A stretch of 64,000 nucleotides of DNA from Phycisphaeraceae bacterium (lineage in GTDB: Bacteria; Planctomycetota; Phycisphaerae; Phycisphaerales; Phycisphaeraceae). Positions 1-10,450 of this stretch are shown here, piece by piece. Under the pieces are notes generated by a model. The model saw only the letters and a program-made list of their open reading frames with translations. It did no database searches and was not told the origin of the DNA. Position 1 is the stretch's first letter; each line of letters begins with the position of its first letter. The DNA lies in the NCBI GenBank assembly GCA_963674705.1, contig OY771506.1, positions 5,312,001 through 5,376,000 on the forward strand, in the 5' to 3' direction. The position numbers and the translations under genes are program-made.

Positions 1-218
1 CTCAAATGAAGCGAAATTCAGATGCACGGCAGGATTAATCTACCACGGAGTCTGTTTTCCCGCAAGCCGTGTTACAGCAACCATTAACATAAAAATGACA
101 CATCGCTTAAACTCTGCGATGTCCGCCCGGTTGGACGATCGGCGGCTCAGCGATATGATCGCCTGACTGAACGTGCCATAATCAATTGAATAACAGGCGG
201 AATCACTACGGAAAACTC

Positions 219-1418
219 ATGAATATCCACGAATACCAGGCCCGTGAACTGCTGGCGAAGTTCGGCGTCCCCGTCCCCCCGGCGATCGTCGTCGACTCCG
301 CTGCCGGTGCGGGTGAAGCCTACGAAGAATTGGAAAGCAAGCACAGCAACTCCATCGCGGTCGTGAAGGCTCAAGTGCATGCGGGTGGTCGCGGCAAGGG
401 CGGCGGCGTCAAGCTCGTTCGCTCCTGTGATGAAGCACGCAGCGCCGCTGAGGCGATCCTCAGTAAGCCGTTGGTCACCCCACAGACCACCGCGGAAGGC
501 GTCACCGTCCATAAGCTGCTGGTCGCGGCAGGCGTCGATATCAAGAAAGAGTTCTACCTGGGGATCGCGGTCGATCGCGCAGCGGGCAATCCGGTGCTGA
601 TCGCATCCACCGAAGGCGGCGTGGAGATCGAAAAAGTCGCGGCAGAGACGCCCGACAAGATCCTGCGCGAGCCGATCGACCCGACGGCGGGCCTGCTCAG
701 CTACCAGGCGCGTAAGGTCGCGTTCCTCTTGGGCTTCACCGGCAAACAGGTCGGCCAGGCTGCGAAAGTCATGACCAACCTCGTCAAGCTCTTCCTGGCC
801 ACCGACGCCAGCCTCGCGGAGATCAATCCGCTTGTGCTGACTGCTGCGGATGATGAGAATCCCGACGGCCAGGTGCTCGCCATCGACGCCAAGATCAACT
901 TTGATGACAACGCCCTGTTCCGCCACCAGGACATCGCGGATATGGCCGACCCGAACGAGGAGAACGAGGACGAGGCACATGCCAACGAGTTCGGGCTGAC
1001 CTACATCAAGCTGGACGGCAACATCGGCTGCCTGGTTAATGGTGCCGGGCTCGCGATGGCAACCATGGACATCATCAAACTGCACGGCCAGGAACCGGCC
1101 AACTTCCTCGACGTCGGCGGTTCGGCGTCCGAAGAAGCCGTCACCGAAGCCTTCCGCATCATCCTCGCCGACGATAATGTCAAAGGCGTTCTGGTCAACA
1201 TCTTCGGCGGGATCGCCAAGTGTGACACCATCGCCAACGCCATCGTCACCGCCGCGAAGGAAGTCGGCTTCAAGGTCCCGCTGGTCGTCCGCCTTGAAGG
1301 CACGAACGTCGAACCAGCCCGAAAGATCCTCGAACAAGCGAAGGCCGACATCCCCACGATGATCGTGGGTAGCGATTTAACCGATGCGGCGAAGAAGATA
1401 ACTCAAGCTGTCGCTTGA
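219..1418 (+). CDS. sucC: Succinyl-CoA ligase (ADP-forming) beta subunit
   Basis: [12 protein letters not shown] start, [40 protein letters not shown] and VRLEGTN motifs. Confidence 0.97.
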   Translation: MNIHEYQARELLAKFGVPVPPAIVVDSAAGAGEAYEELESKHSNSIAVVKAQVHAGGRGKGGGVKLVRSCDEARSAAEAILSKPLVTPQTTAEGVTVHKLLVAAGVDIKKEFYLGIAVDRAAGNPVLIASTEGGVEIEKVAAETPDKILREPIDPTAGLLSYQARKVAFLLGFTGKQVGQAAKVMTNLVKLFLATDASLAEINPLVLTAADDENPDGQVLAIDAKINFDDNALFRHQDIADMADPNEENEDEAHANEFGLTYIKLDGNIGCLVNGAGLAMATMDIIKLHGQEPANFLDVGGSASEEAVTEAFRIILADDNVKGVLVNIFGGIAKCDTIANAIVTAAKEVGFKVPLVVRLEGTNVEPARKILEQAKADIPTMIVGSDLTDAAKKITQAVA

Positions 1419-1420
1419 TA

Positions 1421-1519
1421 AGGGTGTAGGGTTTAGGGTGTAGCAAACCCGAAGATGCCGTAAACCACACCCCATTGAATGTCTTTACCCTACACCCGAC
1501 ACCCTATACCCCACACCCT
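1421..1519. repeat. Heptamer (GGGTGTA-like) tandem repeats in two inverted blocks
   Basis: agggtgtagggtttagggtgtag at 1421-1443 and ccctacacccgacaccctataccccacaccct at ~1488-1519. Confidence 0.75.
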
Positions 1520-1524
1520 GCCAT

Positions 1525-1725
1525 ATGAAAATCGAACCCTTCCTTGCCGAACTCAACCGTATGCGTCAGGACCTTGATGAGGACCCGACGGACATCGAAT
1601 GGCTGACACTGCATCATGTCTTCTGCTTCATCAGCTACAAGATGGGCGACTTCCAGGCTTATCTGGATGAGGCCGAAGCGAGCGGCGCGTTTGATGAATT
1701 TAAAGAAGCGAATGAAGACGACTGA
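1525..1725 (+). CDS. Small acidic hypothetical protein
   Basis: 66-aa ATG ORF with typical GC-rich codon usage; no recognised motif. Confidence 0.7.
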   Translation: MKIEPFLAELNRMRQDLDEDPTDIEWLTLHHVFCFISYKMGDFQAYLDEAEASGAFDEFKEANEDD

Positions 1726-1813
1726 CTTCTGACGCCGGCATATCCTGCGTACGGTTTTACCCTGCGCGATCCTTGCCAACATTTTCCATACTTCCGGATC
1801 AGCGTGCCGGCGC

Positions 1814-2260
1814 TTACGTCTCATGCCACAAAATATAGATGACAACGGGATCTTGCTGATCATAATCGATGGTTATGACTAATGCCTTGGCATTAGGCAA
1901 CCAAACGGTACCGCTCTTGAACGATTTGATGGTGGAGGGTTTGAACCAACCCAGATCGTCGTTGTCAAAGGTTTCGATGCGCTTCATCTGCAGGTCCTCA
2001 TCTTTGAATGGCGAGGCCGCAAGAAAGGCATCAACGTCTTTGGCCGGGATTTCGACCTTGGCGTACATCTCATCATCCAGGAAGTTATCGTTGTACTGAA
2101 AACCGATGTAGTGGGTAGAAGCAGGGAAGTTCAAGGTGGTCAATTGTGCCAGGACCGCCTGCTGCTGAACGGTGACGAGGGCCGGCGGTTTAGAACGTGA
2201 ACAGGACACCAGGACAGTTAAAGCCAGTAGCGTGGTGAGTGTAATAACAAGGTGTTTCAT
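1814..2260 (-). CDS. Hypothetical lipoprotein
   Basis: MKHLVITLTTLLALTVLVSC lipobox-like signal; start set to ATG at 2260. Confidence 0.7.
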   Translation of the reverse strand: MKHLVITLTTLLALTVLVSCSRSKPPALVTVQQQAVLAQLTTLNFPASTHYIGFQYNDNFLDDEMYAKVEIPAKDVDAFLAASPFKDEDLQMKRIETFDNDDLGWFKPSTIKSFKSGTVWLPNAKALVITIDYDQQDPVVIYILWHET

Positions 2261-2442
2261 GGTAACTTGATTGTACCGGTGGTTTGACTGTTGGGCTTTA
2301 TACACCGGATTCAATCTAGCGTTTCTTCTGTTCTGTCGGTCAGCTAATTACATTCTCGCTAAGCTGCGAGCGGCTACGGAGTAAGTCGTCGGGTAGGATA
2401 TGAGGGGGGGGGCGTTTGTGGGCCGGAGGCCGGGAGTCTTTT

Positions 2443-3141
2443 ATGGGATATTACACATATGAAGATCGACGCCAGGTCATTCGGTACCTCTTTTATGCCG
2501 TCTTCCTGCTGATCCTCTGGGGCTTGCTGGTTGCTGATGTGATGTACTTGCTTGGCATGTGGGACGGCTCACCACTGATGTATGCAATCACGATGTATTA
2601 CCTGGCGGTGGTGACGTTTTGTCTGGGACCTGTGTTTATTTATGAAGTTCGCCTCTGGCGTAATGCACAACGTAAAAGAGCGGAATTGCTCAAACGACAG
2701 GATGGCTACCGGCGGGTTGCCATCGTCTGCTACGGTTGTGGCTGGCGGCGCATCATTGGGTACTCGGGGCAACTCGGCAATAGCCGGGCGCTGATCCATC
2801 TGAAACCTGCCAAAAGTGCGTGCAATGTGCTTTCCGCGGTCGTGCTGAAGGTGCCCGCCGATCAGCCCATTGAGAAACAGTTGAGCGAACACCCCTACTT
2901 CCGTGACATCGGTCGAGATGCGCATGAGATCGGGCTCATACGAGTACTGCGCTCATATCGTCACATGCTTCGGCACAAGCCTTGCCCAAGATGCAAGCGT
3001 GAAGGCGAGATGCAGCTCGAAGCCTGGTCCGTTTATCCGGATGACGACATGAAAGACCTGGTTCGCCACCGTTCCTGGCCCGTGATTAATCTGATTTCAG
3101 ATCATGAAGCAGCAAGGAAGAAGGGACATACGCACCGGTGA
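2443..3141 (+). CDS. Hypothetical membrane protein with split CxxC pairs
   Basis: Two N-terminal hydrophobic helices, CYGC and CPRC; GGAG before ATG. Confidence 0.7.
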   Translation: MGYYTYEDRRQVIRYLFYAVFLLILWGLLVADVMYLLGMWDGSPLMYAITMYYLAVVTFCLGPVFIYEVRLWRNAQRKRAELLKRQDGYRRVAIVCYGCGWRRIIGYSGQLGNSRALIHLKPAKSACNVLSAVVLKVPADQPIEKQLSEHPYFRDIGRDAHEIGLIRVLRSYRHMLRHKPCPRCKREGEMQLEAWSVYPDDDMKDLVRHRSWPVINLISDHEAARKKGHTHR

Positions 3142-3764
3142 AACACTTCCTGACAATACTGCTGATCGTAAATGGATTGCTGCTGCCTTGCGGTTGTTTG
3201 TCGGGGCTGACACTGGTCGGATTCGCATTCGATATGTCCATCAAGTTGGGTTTCATCACCGACATCCACATCACGAATGACACACAGCAGCCGATCAAGA
3301 TCACGCCGATCGGCACGGTTGGCAGCCAAGGTGACCGTAGCCCGTTGCACGATATCCACCGCAAGCAGCCCACGTACGACAGTCAAACCCGCGGCAGCTT
3401 CGAGATTCTGCCGGGCGATAGCATCGAACTTTTCTACGACTGGGATGACATCAACTTCTCCGAAATCGTGATCGAAGATCAGGCGGGAAGCTTGTCGCAA
3501 CTCGTTGTTGATCCGACACCCACCCAGGAGCAGTACCATCCGCCAACCCCGAACACGTTCACAATCGATAACCAGTCACCCTTGGTTCCCGTCTCCCTGA
3601 ATGTGTTGGCTGCATACCACGAGGCACAACATCCTCCGCATTTAGTGTGGTATGTCTACGTATTGTTCCTGCCGTGGATTACATTCGCGATATTGTTGTG
3701 GATGAGGTTGAGGGTTGTGAAGCGGGGTAAGGTGAAGGAAATGCCTAATGCAGCTGAAAATTAA
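3138..3764 (+). CDS. Hypothetical membrane protein
   Basis: N- and C-terminal hydrophobic segments; GTGA overlap with upstream stop. Confidence 0.7.
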   Translation: MKHFLTILLIVNGLLLPCGCLSGLTLVGFAFDMSIKLGFITDIHITNDTQQPIKITPIGTVGSQGDRSPLHDIHRKQPTYDSQTRGSFEILPGDSIELFYDWDDINFSEIVIEDQAGSLSQLVVDPTPTQEQYHPPTPNTFTIDNQSPLVPVSLNVLAAYHEAQHPPHLVWYVYVLFLPWITFAILLWMRLRVVKRGKVKEMPNAAEN

Positions 3765-5088
3765 TAATGCGATTGCCGGTTTATTAATATCGAACTGGGC
3801 AGCACCTGATCCAGTACGCTTTGCCCTTCGGGTCAAAGTATGGCACACGGCTGTGTTCTTATGCACATTACTTATAGGGATTCCCGCCATGGCGCAGGAC
3901 GCAACACCCAACCTGGTTGAAAAGATCCTCGCAGATCATCCGCAGAAGTTTGCCCGGTTCACGCAAGACCCAGCGAAGTACAGGTTGCAGATTCTGCTAT
4001 CGGTAGTGAACAAGGATGATGCGGGTAAGCCCGTGCTTGAGCGGTATGGTTACCGCCTCGAGGCGGAGTATTTCTATCCCGCCAGTTCGATCAAGACATA
4101 CGGCGCTGCGGCCGCGTTGATCAAGCTCCGTGAACTGCGCGAGCAGACGGGGTTGCCGATCCGCCATGACACACCGATGGTGATCCATCCGCTGTTTGAT
4201 GACGAACAGTTGCAGGATGAAGATCCGTCCAATATCAAGACCGGCAAGATGACGATCGAGCATGAGGTCCGCAAGACGCTGCTTGTTTCCAGCAATTCGG
4301 CGTACAACCACCTGTTTGAATTCGTCGGACATCAGAAGCTGCATGATGTGTTGAAGGAAGCGGGTCTGCCGCAGACGCGATTAAATCATCGGGTGGAGGA
4401 GACCAGGTCGCCGGAGGATAACCGCCGATCGCCGCGCATCGACTTCGTGCTGGAAGACGGGCGTATCTACACGGTTCCGCAGCGCACGAGCACACTGATC
4501 ACGGACAACACGGGCCTGAAAGGACTGGACATCGGCAAGGTCTACATGAGCGGCGGCAAACGTATCGAAAAGCCGTTGAACTTCCTGCATAAGAACCACA
4601 GCTCGCTGGAAGACCTTCAGAACTTCCTGATCCTGATTACCGATCCCGACCTCGCCTTTGAACTGACGCACCCGGTCGACGGAGGGGCATTCAGCTCTCA
4701 CATCCCCGGGCTCAATCTCTCGGATGAAGATCGCGAGATCCTGATGGATGCGCTTTCGCAGCACCCGCATGAATCAAAGAATCCTGTTTACACTGAGCAA
4801 GATATTACCGAAGCCAACGGCTATCCGCTCTTCCAGTGGGGGCTTGAAAGGCTTTATCCACGCAAAGACCTGCTGCTCTACGCCAAGGGCGGCACCGCCT
4901 ACGGCTTCAAGATCGAGAATGCCGCAGTGATCCACAAACCCACCGGCCGAACCTTCTTCCTTGCAGCCACGATCTATTGCAATCCCAACGAAACACTCAA
5001 CGACGATGATTACGACTACGACACGGCCAGGGCTTTTCTGGCAGATCTGGGGGAAGCGGTCGCGCAGGAATTATGGTTTGACCGCTAG
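3748..5088 (+). CDS. Secreted serine hydrolase, class A beta-lactamase-like fold
   Basis: FYPASSIK (SxxK), SSN (SxN) and KGG (KTG-like) motifs; signal peptide ending IPAMA; true start uncertain. Confidence 0.85.
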   Translation: MQLKINNAIAGLLISNWAAPDPVRFALRVKVWHTAVFLCTLLIGIPAMAQDATPNLVEKILADHPQKFARFTQDPAKYRLQILLSVVNKDDAGKPVLERYGYRLEAEYFYPASSIKTYGAAAALIKLRELREQTGLPIRHDTPMVIHPLFDDEQLQDEDPSNIKTGKMTIEHEVRKTLLVSSNSAYNHLFEFVGHQKLHDVLKEAGLPQTRLNHRVEETRSPEDNRRSPRIDFVLEDGRIYTVPQRTSTLITDNTGLKGLDIGKVYMSGGKRIEKPLNFLHKNHSSLEDLQNFLILITDPDLAFELTHPVDGGAFSSHIPGLNLSDEDREILMDALSQHPHESKNPVYTEQDITEANGYPLFQWGLERLYPRKDLLLYAKGGTAYGFKIENAAVIHKPTGRTFFLAATIYCNPNETLNDDDYDYDTARAFLADLGEAVAQELWFDR

Positions 5089-5111
5089 CACTGCAAACTT
5101 GGGAAACATAC

Positions 5112-5813
5112 ATGGCTGGTGACAACATTGATCCTTTGTTTATTTACTCATCATTGTGTGAAGAGCTTAGCCTGCTGATGAATTTACTGGCTCAACATGG
5201 TGAACACTGCTGGCATTCTCAACTCAGGGAGTCGATGCATCTTGTACGCAAGAAAGATATTCGTGGCCTGGATAAGCTTCTTAGTCTCTATGGCGGAATG
5301 GGTAGCTTGAATGATCTTGTGGTTAGAGCCACGAATCAACATGATCAAGAAACCCTGACTAATGAAGTGGGTACAAGACTGGCTCGAGTCTATGGATTAG
5401 CAACTCAACTGCAGAGAGATCATCGCACATTGAAGGATTGGACACCATCGAAGTATCGCTATGAGTGGGAGCGTCCCATCTTCTTCGAAGGCATCGAATT
5501 ACCCGGTTCTGCCATAGAAATAGACGTCTTAGGTATGTACGGTCACCTTCCGGAGATGTCGGAAGAAGCAAGCCTGTGGCTCTGGCATTTTACAATCTGT
5601 GTGGGGGTGGAGAAGAGCGATGAGTCGGCAAAGATCATCCCACTGGTCCGTGAGGTACTTGGATTAGTAACGGCCAACCGCTCGCGCTTACTTAATCGCC
5701 TAAAGCAGACTGATGGGCAAACATTGGACGAATGGATACTGACCCTGAACACCATACTCGAAGTCGCTGGCCGACAACCGTACTGCACATGGACAGCACC
5801 GATTGAATACTGA
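5112..5813 (+). CDS. Hypothetical protein with N-terminal DUF6966-like domain
   Basis: LYGGMGSLNDL motif; visibly lower GC than neighbours. Confidence 0.65.
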   Translation: MAGDNIDPLFIYSSLCEELSLLMNLLAQHGEHCWHSQLRESMHLVRKKDIRGLDKLLSLYGGMGSLNDLVVRATNQHDQETLTNEVGTRLARVYGLATQLQRDHRTLKDWTPSKYRYEWERPIFFEGIELPGSAIEIDVLGMYGHLPEMSEEASLWLWHFTICVGVEKSDESAKIIPLVREVLGLVTANRSRLLNRLKQTDGQTLDEWILTLNTILEVAGRQPYCTWTAPIEY

Positions 5814-6036
5814 TTGAAAAAGAAGCGACCACTTCTGTGAACACTCTTCGCAATTCTTCATGACAGCCATCGGAAATCGGCGGCTGATTGCCTTTTTCTT
5901 CCACTGCCTTGAACCAGAATATCATAGCGAAGCACCCAAGGTCTGACGCTGGATAGAAGGTTGGACTGAATCTGCACGATTGTCCATTGAACATATAACA
6001 AAGGTGGTTACTCACAGATAGCATCCGACCACCCAA

Positions 6037-6738
6037 TCACGGAGCGGTATAGATCAGCCAGAGACCGCCAAGAATGACCAGTATGCCGCAGACGCGCCGC
6101 AGCCAGGCGACCGCTCCGTTCTGCTGGTTCCAGTCGAGGTAGCGCTGCACCCAGCCGCTGGCTGAACCGGCGACGATGATGACCGAGCAGTGGCCGATGC
6201 CGTACAGCAGCAGCAATGAGCCGGCGAAGATCGGCCGGTCTGCGCCGACGTTGAATGTCACGCCCAGCACAGGGGCCATATAGGCGAATGTGCATGGTCC
6301 CAGCGCGATGCCGAAGATCAGACCGAGCAGTAGCGCCGCAAGCAACCCCTTACGTTTAACCGAAACATTGCCGGGCCCCGACCAGGGCATCGGGATCACA
6401 TCCAACAGGTGCAGACCTACAACAAAGAAGATGACGGCCACCGCGTAATACGCCCAGCCCCCCACGTCCCCGGCGATACGGCCCGCTGCCGCGGTGATCG
6501 CGCCCAATAATGCGATTGTGATGAGGATGCCTAACGAGAACAGGCTCGCTAACAAAAATGCCCTCGCTACCGTTACCTTGCCCTGCCCGTTGACGAACCC
6601 GACCACGAGCGGGATGCTTGCCAGGTGACACGGGCTTAGCAGGATGCTCAGCACACCCCAGATGAATGCCGCCAGCAGCGCCAGGCCGACCGACGCCGAC
6701 ATGGCGGTATTGAGTTGCTCAAAAAGATATTGAATCAC
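6037..6738 (-). CDS. ccdA: CcdA/DsbD-like disulfide transfer membrane protein
   Basis: SILLSPCHL and ALGPCT motifs; about six TM helices. Confidence 0.9.
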   Translation of the reverse strand: MIQYLFEQLNTAMSASVGLALLAAFIWGVLSILLSPCHLASIPLVVGFVNGQGKVTVARAFLLASLFSLGILITIALLGAITAAAGRIAGDVGGWAYYAVAVIFFVVGLHLLDVIPMPWSGPGNVSVKRKGLLAALLLGLIFGIALGPCTFAYMAPVLGVTFNVGADRPIFAGSLLLLYGIGHCSVIIVAGSASGWVQRYLDWNQQNGAVAWLRRVCGILVILGGLWLIYTAP

Positions 6739-6901
6739 GTCCCGGTCTCCGTGTTGGATACCATCACAGGTATTTATGCTTTAGCTTGAGCCAAGGATTC
6801 ATGCGTCACTTCAAATCCAAATCGTTCATTAAGTTTGCTGGAAGACTCCGACACGGTGAAGAGCCTGCGGCCCGACGTTGGACTTGCCTTACATCTTCCA
6901 C

Positions 6902-7669
6902 TTAATTCGCGGGATTCAATCGATACGGGATCAGCATGGGTACCCGACGCTGATAGTCACGGTATGCCTGGCCAAATACAGCAACGAGATCTCGCTCCTC
7001 GAGCACGGTGCCGACGACAATCCAGCCTGTCCAAGAAGTATTGAACAGCAACCTGTCTGCGGTCAGATCCGGATAAGACCAGATCATCAACAGGCTCAAG
7101 AAGTACAGTGGATGGCGGACCCAACGAAACGGCCCACTCACCGTAAACGGACATGCCGGGGATACGGCGCCTCGGAGGCGATCAAGAATCGGCCTTAATC
7201 CAAACGCATCAAACGAGCCGAGTGTAAGCATGCTCCAGATAAATCCGGCGATAGCGAGAAAGTAGATCGCCCGCAGCGACCACCGGAGTGCCCCCTCAGG
7301 CGCATACAGGACTAAAGCCGATTCCTGCCAGAAAACCAGGAGCAGCATGAGGACAACTCCCGAAGCGATTGTGTAGATAGCCCCCTCATATTGAGGCTGG
7401 ATCAGTTTCGCCGACCACTGTCTATATGACCGCCGTATCATGCCGCTGTGCTGTAGGAAAAAAGCAAGACAAAGCAGTGTATCCAGCATAAGTAGCAATG
7501 GCTCGCCGAGGTTAAGATCAATCAGACCGAGCGGACCAATGAAAAGGAATACCGCAAAGAACATAAGCAGCGACATCGAACCGATCAGCCATGCAATAAT
7601 CACCAGAGCATACGCAACGATGCGCGAGCTTTGTGGATCGTGGTCTGATGGGTGGTCTTGTAACATCAT
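6902..7669 (-). CDS. Membrane methyltransferase, ICMT/NnrU/MddA (nurim)-like
   Basis: FLQHS, GPFRWVRHPLY, LEERDL and YRDYQRRVPMLIP motifs. Confidence 0.85.
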   Translation of the reverse strand: MMLQDHPSDHDPQSSRIVAYALVIIAWLIGSMSLLMFFAVFLFIGPLGLIDLNLGEPLLLMLDTLLCLAFFLQHSGMIRRSYRQWSAKLIQPQYEGAIYTIASGVVLMLLLVFWQESALVLYAPEGALRWSLRAIYFLAIAGFIWSMLTLGSFDAFGLRPILDRLRGAVSPACPFTVSGPFRWVRHPLYFLSLLMIWSYPDLTADRLLFNTSWTGWIVVGTVLEERDLVAVFGQAYRDYQRRVPMLIPYRLNPAN

Positions 7670-7765
7670 CCTTTTCGTCTTGTCTACCCGCTACGCATAT
7701 CCAACATGTGTAGTGATGCGGTGCCTAACCATAAGGGCCGGCTTTGAGGAATTAAGATGACCGGA

Positions 7766-8260
7766 TCATGCGCCGTTTTCACTTGTGTCGGGCAACTCAA
7801 TATTCACACCCAATTCAATCCATTTGGCGAGGATTTCTTCTCGCGAATAGAAACCCTGGTGTCTGAACAGCTCATTGCCTTCAGCATCAAAGAAGATTTG
7901 TGTTGGGATCATCGTGACACCGTAAACCTCTCCGGCGCCGGTGTTCTCCCATACATCGATAAAAACCACATCGAACTGCCCGGCAAAATCCTCGCGTAGC
8001 GCTTCGAGGATCGGGGCCATAGCCTTGCATGGGATACACGTGTTTGCCCCCAGGTCCAGCAGTTGTGGCAATGCGGCGGCAGCAGGTTGGGCTGGCTCGT
8101 CAGGCTGTGCTTCAATAACTTCTGTTCGTAGTTCCGCTGTTGGTGGCGTGACTTCACTCGTCTGACCGGGTGTTGTCTTCTCAGTATTCTTCAGCACTAC
8201 GATGCCTGTAACTGCTACTAGTACACCTACAACAACGGCCAGCTTCATTGTCATGTTCAT
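7766..8260 (-). CDS. Membrane-anchored thioredoxin family protein
   Basis: N-terminal TM; DLGANTCIPCKAM, IPTQIFFD, RHQGF. Confidence 0.92.
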   Translation of the reverse strand: MNMTMKLAVVVGVLVAVTGIVVLKNTEKTTPGQTSEVTPPTAELRTEVIEAQPDEPAQPAAAALPQLLDLGANTCIPCKAMAPILEALREDFAGQFDVVFIDVWENTGAGEVYGVTMIPTQIFFDAEGNELFRHQGFYSREEILAKWIELGVNIELPDTSENGA

Positions 8261-8266
8261 GATGGA

Positions 8267-8506
8267 TCACCCGTTGATAAGAGGTTTGATGGCGTCCGAG
8301 TCCAGTAGTTTGCCTGCACTCTTGACTTGCCCGTCCACCGCCAGCGCGGGAGTCATCATTACCCCAAACTTCGTGATCTCACCCAGGTCGGTCACCTTAA
8401 CGATTTCAAAGTCGAGCCCGAGCTGCTCGGCGGCGGCTTTAGCGTTCTCTGCAAGTTTCTGGCACTTGGGGCAGCCAGTACCCAGTATTTGAATTTTGAG
8501 CATCAC
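8267..8506 (-). CDS. Small redox-active disulfide protein (MTH895/ArsE-like)
   Basis: IQILGTGCPKC and GVMMTPALAVDG. Confidence 0.93.
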   Translation of the reverse strand: MMLKIQILGTGCPKCQKLAENAKAAAEQLGLDFEIVKVTDLGEITKFGVMMTPALAVDGQVKSAGKLLDSDAIKPLING

Positions 8507-8539
8507 GTTCTCCTTCTTCTAGATTGACATATTACACAC

Positions 8540-8938
8540 TCAGGGCAATGTCGATACTTTGGTCTTGACATAACTCACAACATGCCGGACCTGTTCATCT
8601 TGCGCCCACACACGACTGACTTTCTTGATGCCCATGTCGGTAACACGGAAATGATGAAAGTTCGAAACGCCGACTCGTTGCATGACCTTTCGGCCGCAAT
8701 CTTTGTCGCAACCGTCGATGACGATGTTTGCAGCGGCCTTGCTTGTCGCATCGATCATCGGTTCGATGTCCGCACCCAATCCCGCGAGGCAGAACATCGA
8801 TCCCGTACCCTCGGCCATCAGATGCCGGGCGGCGCGATCTGCGATCTCGCCGACGTTAGCCGCCCCGGAGCAAGCAAACATGAGTATTGTTTTTTGACGG
8901 GCGGAGTTACCGCAAGCATATGATATAGGTTCAGACAT
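8540..8938 (-). CDS. DGC-domain putative zinc-binding protein
   Basis: FACSGAANVG, MFCLAG and IDGCDKDC. Confidence 0.92.
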   Translation of the reverse strand: MSEPISYACGNSARQKTILMFACSGAANVGEIADRAARHLMAEGTGSMFCLAGLGADIEPMIDATSKAAANIVIDGCDKDCGRKVMQRVGVSNFHHFRVTDMGIKKVSRVWAQDEQVRHVVSYVKTKVSTLP

Positions 8939-8965
8939 TATCAAAGCTCCATGATCGCTTAGAAG

Positions 8966-10402
8966 TTAAAACAAAGATCCATACACCCAACCGGTCAGCG
9001 TGCTCATCACGATGACAAGCGACACGAAAACCACTGTCTTCTGCGTACCCAGCACCGATCGGATCACCAACATGTTTGGCAGGCTCAAAGCAGGGCCGGC
9101 CAATAGCAACGCCAATGCCGGACCTTTGCCCATGCCGCTACCGATCAAACCCTGCAGGATCGGCACCTCGGTCAGCGTGGCAAAGTACATGAACGCGCCG
9201 ACCACGGATGCGAACAGGTTCGCCCACAGTGAATTGCCACCGACCAGCGACGCGATCCACTGACTGGGAATCATGCCCTCTTCGCCCGGACGCCCGAGCA
9301 GAAATCCCGCGATCAAGACACCGAAAAACAGCAGCGGCGTGATCTGTTTCGTGAAACCCCACGACTGATCAAACCATTCATTCGCCTCGGTAGTGCGCCT
9401 ACCGACCGATAACAAGATGGAAAGCCCGATCGTCGCCACCGCGAACGGTATCATTGCGGCGTAAGGCAAGCCGTGTTCGTAGCCGGGTAGATATGTGCCA
9501 TACGTTGGCACGAGCCAATACGCACTGAACAGCCACGCAACGATTGTGGCTAATCCGATCAGCACCATCTTCCACCAGACAATCCCAAACCATGCGATAA
9601 GAACAACAGCCAACATGATCCCGAAGCCTGATGTGATCAACCACTTACTCGACCAGATCGCATACCACAGCCCGCTGTCGCCCTGCGGCTTACCCCAGTT
9701 GGCAAATACCAACACGCCCACCATCGCCGCGAAGTAGAGTGCAGTCTGCCACAACGGCCGGGCTTCGTCATCGTCAACAAACACATCCGCGCTGGCCGCA
9801 CGCTGGGATTCCTCTTTACGATAGATCAGGTGCATCGCCAAGCCGATGATGATGCTGAAGCCGATGGCCCCGATAGCGCGGGCCGCGCCGAGTTCCGGTC
9901 CGAGTACCGCTGCTGTCAATACGATCGCCAGCACGTTGATCGCCGGCCCCGAATAGAGGAACGCCGTAGCCGGCCCTAAACCTGCACCCATCCGCCAGAT
10001 ACCGGCAAACAAAGGTAGCACCGTACAGGAGCAGACCGCCAGGATCGTTCCGCTGACCGACGCCACGCCGTACGCCACCGGCTTGGGCGCCTTGGGCCCC
10101 AGGTACTTCATCACCGCGTTCTGGCTGATGAAAACAGCGATCGCACCGGCAATGAAGAAAGCCGGCACGAGGCACAACAGCACATGTTCCTGCGCGTACC
10201 ACTTGGTCAAGGCCAGGGCTTCGACGATCGACTTGTCGAACCGTTGCCAACCCAACGGAAGAACAAAGAAGATGATGAACACCACCAGCCCAAGCAGCAG
10301 CAGCTTCCACTCACGCTTCAGGGAGGATGCGCCTGCCGTCGTCGGACAACTCATCCCTGTGGTGTTTTCGGAAGCGTCGTTAGAGGAAGCAGTCGTGCTC
10401 AT
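8966..10402 (-). CDS. arsP: ArsP-family permease
   Basis: CLVPAFFIAGAI, AVCSCTVLP, FLYSGPAIN, YFATLTEVP and GPALSLP motifs. Confidence 0.9.
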   Translation of the reverse strand: MSTTASSNDASENTTGMSCPTTAGASSLKREWKLLLLGLVVFIIFFVLPLGWQRFDKSIVEALALTKWYAQEHVLLCLVPAFFIAGAIAVFISQNAVMKYLGPKAPKPVAYGVASVSGTILAVCSCTVLPLFAGIWRMGAGLGPATAFLYSGPAINVLAIVLTAAVLGPELGAARAIGAIGFSIIIGLAMHLIYRKEESQRAASADVFVDDDEARPLWQTALYFAAMVGVLVFANWGKPQGDSGLWYAIWSSKWLITSGFGIMLAVVLIAWFGIVWWKMVLIGLATIVAWLFSAYWLVPTYGTYLPGYEHGLPYAAMIPFAVATIGLSILLSVGRRTTEANEWFDQSWGFTKQITPLLFFGVLIAGFLLGRPGEEGMIPSQWIASLVGGNSLWANLFASVVGAFMYFATLTEVPILQGLIGSGMGKGPALALLLAGPALSLPNMLVIRSVLGTQKTVVFVSLVIVMSTLTGWVYGSLF

Positions 10403-10412
10403 ACGTGTAACC

Positions 10413-10432
10413 GTGATTAATTAATCACATAT
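10413..10432. promoter_or_regulatory. Putative ArsR operator upstream of arsP
   Basis: Perfect palindrome GTGATTAATTAATCAC; same consensus as the 10804-10825 site. Confidence 0.75.
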
Positions 10433-10450
10433 TGGGCCAAATAAAAAATG

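Noticed and set aside
147..1337. Long antisense ORFs (also 14212-15330, 39218-40063, 33174-34004)
   Set aside because: Shadow frames of well-supported GC-rich genes; no motifs of their own
3748..5088. True antibiotic-resistance beta-lactamase
   Set aside because: Only the fold-level motifs are visible; length and inserts fit an uncharacterised serine hydrolase family
7766..8944. Selenocysteine recoding in the thioredoxin and DGC genes
   Set aside because: All redox motifs use Cys codons with no in-frame TGA
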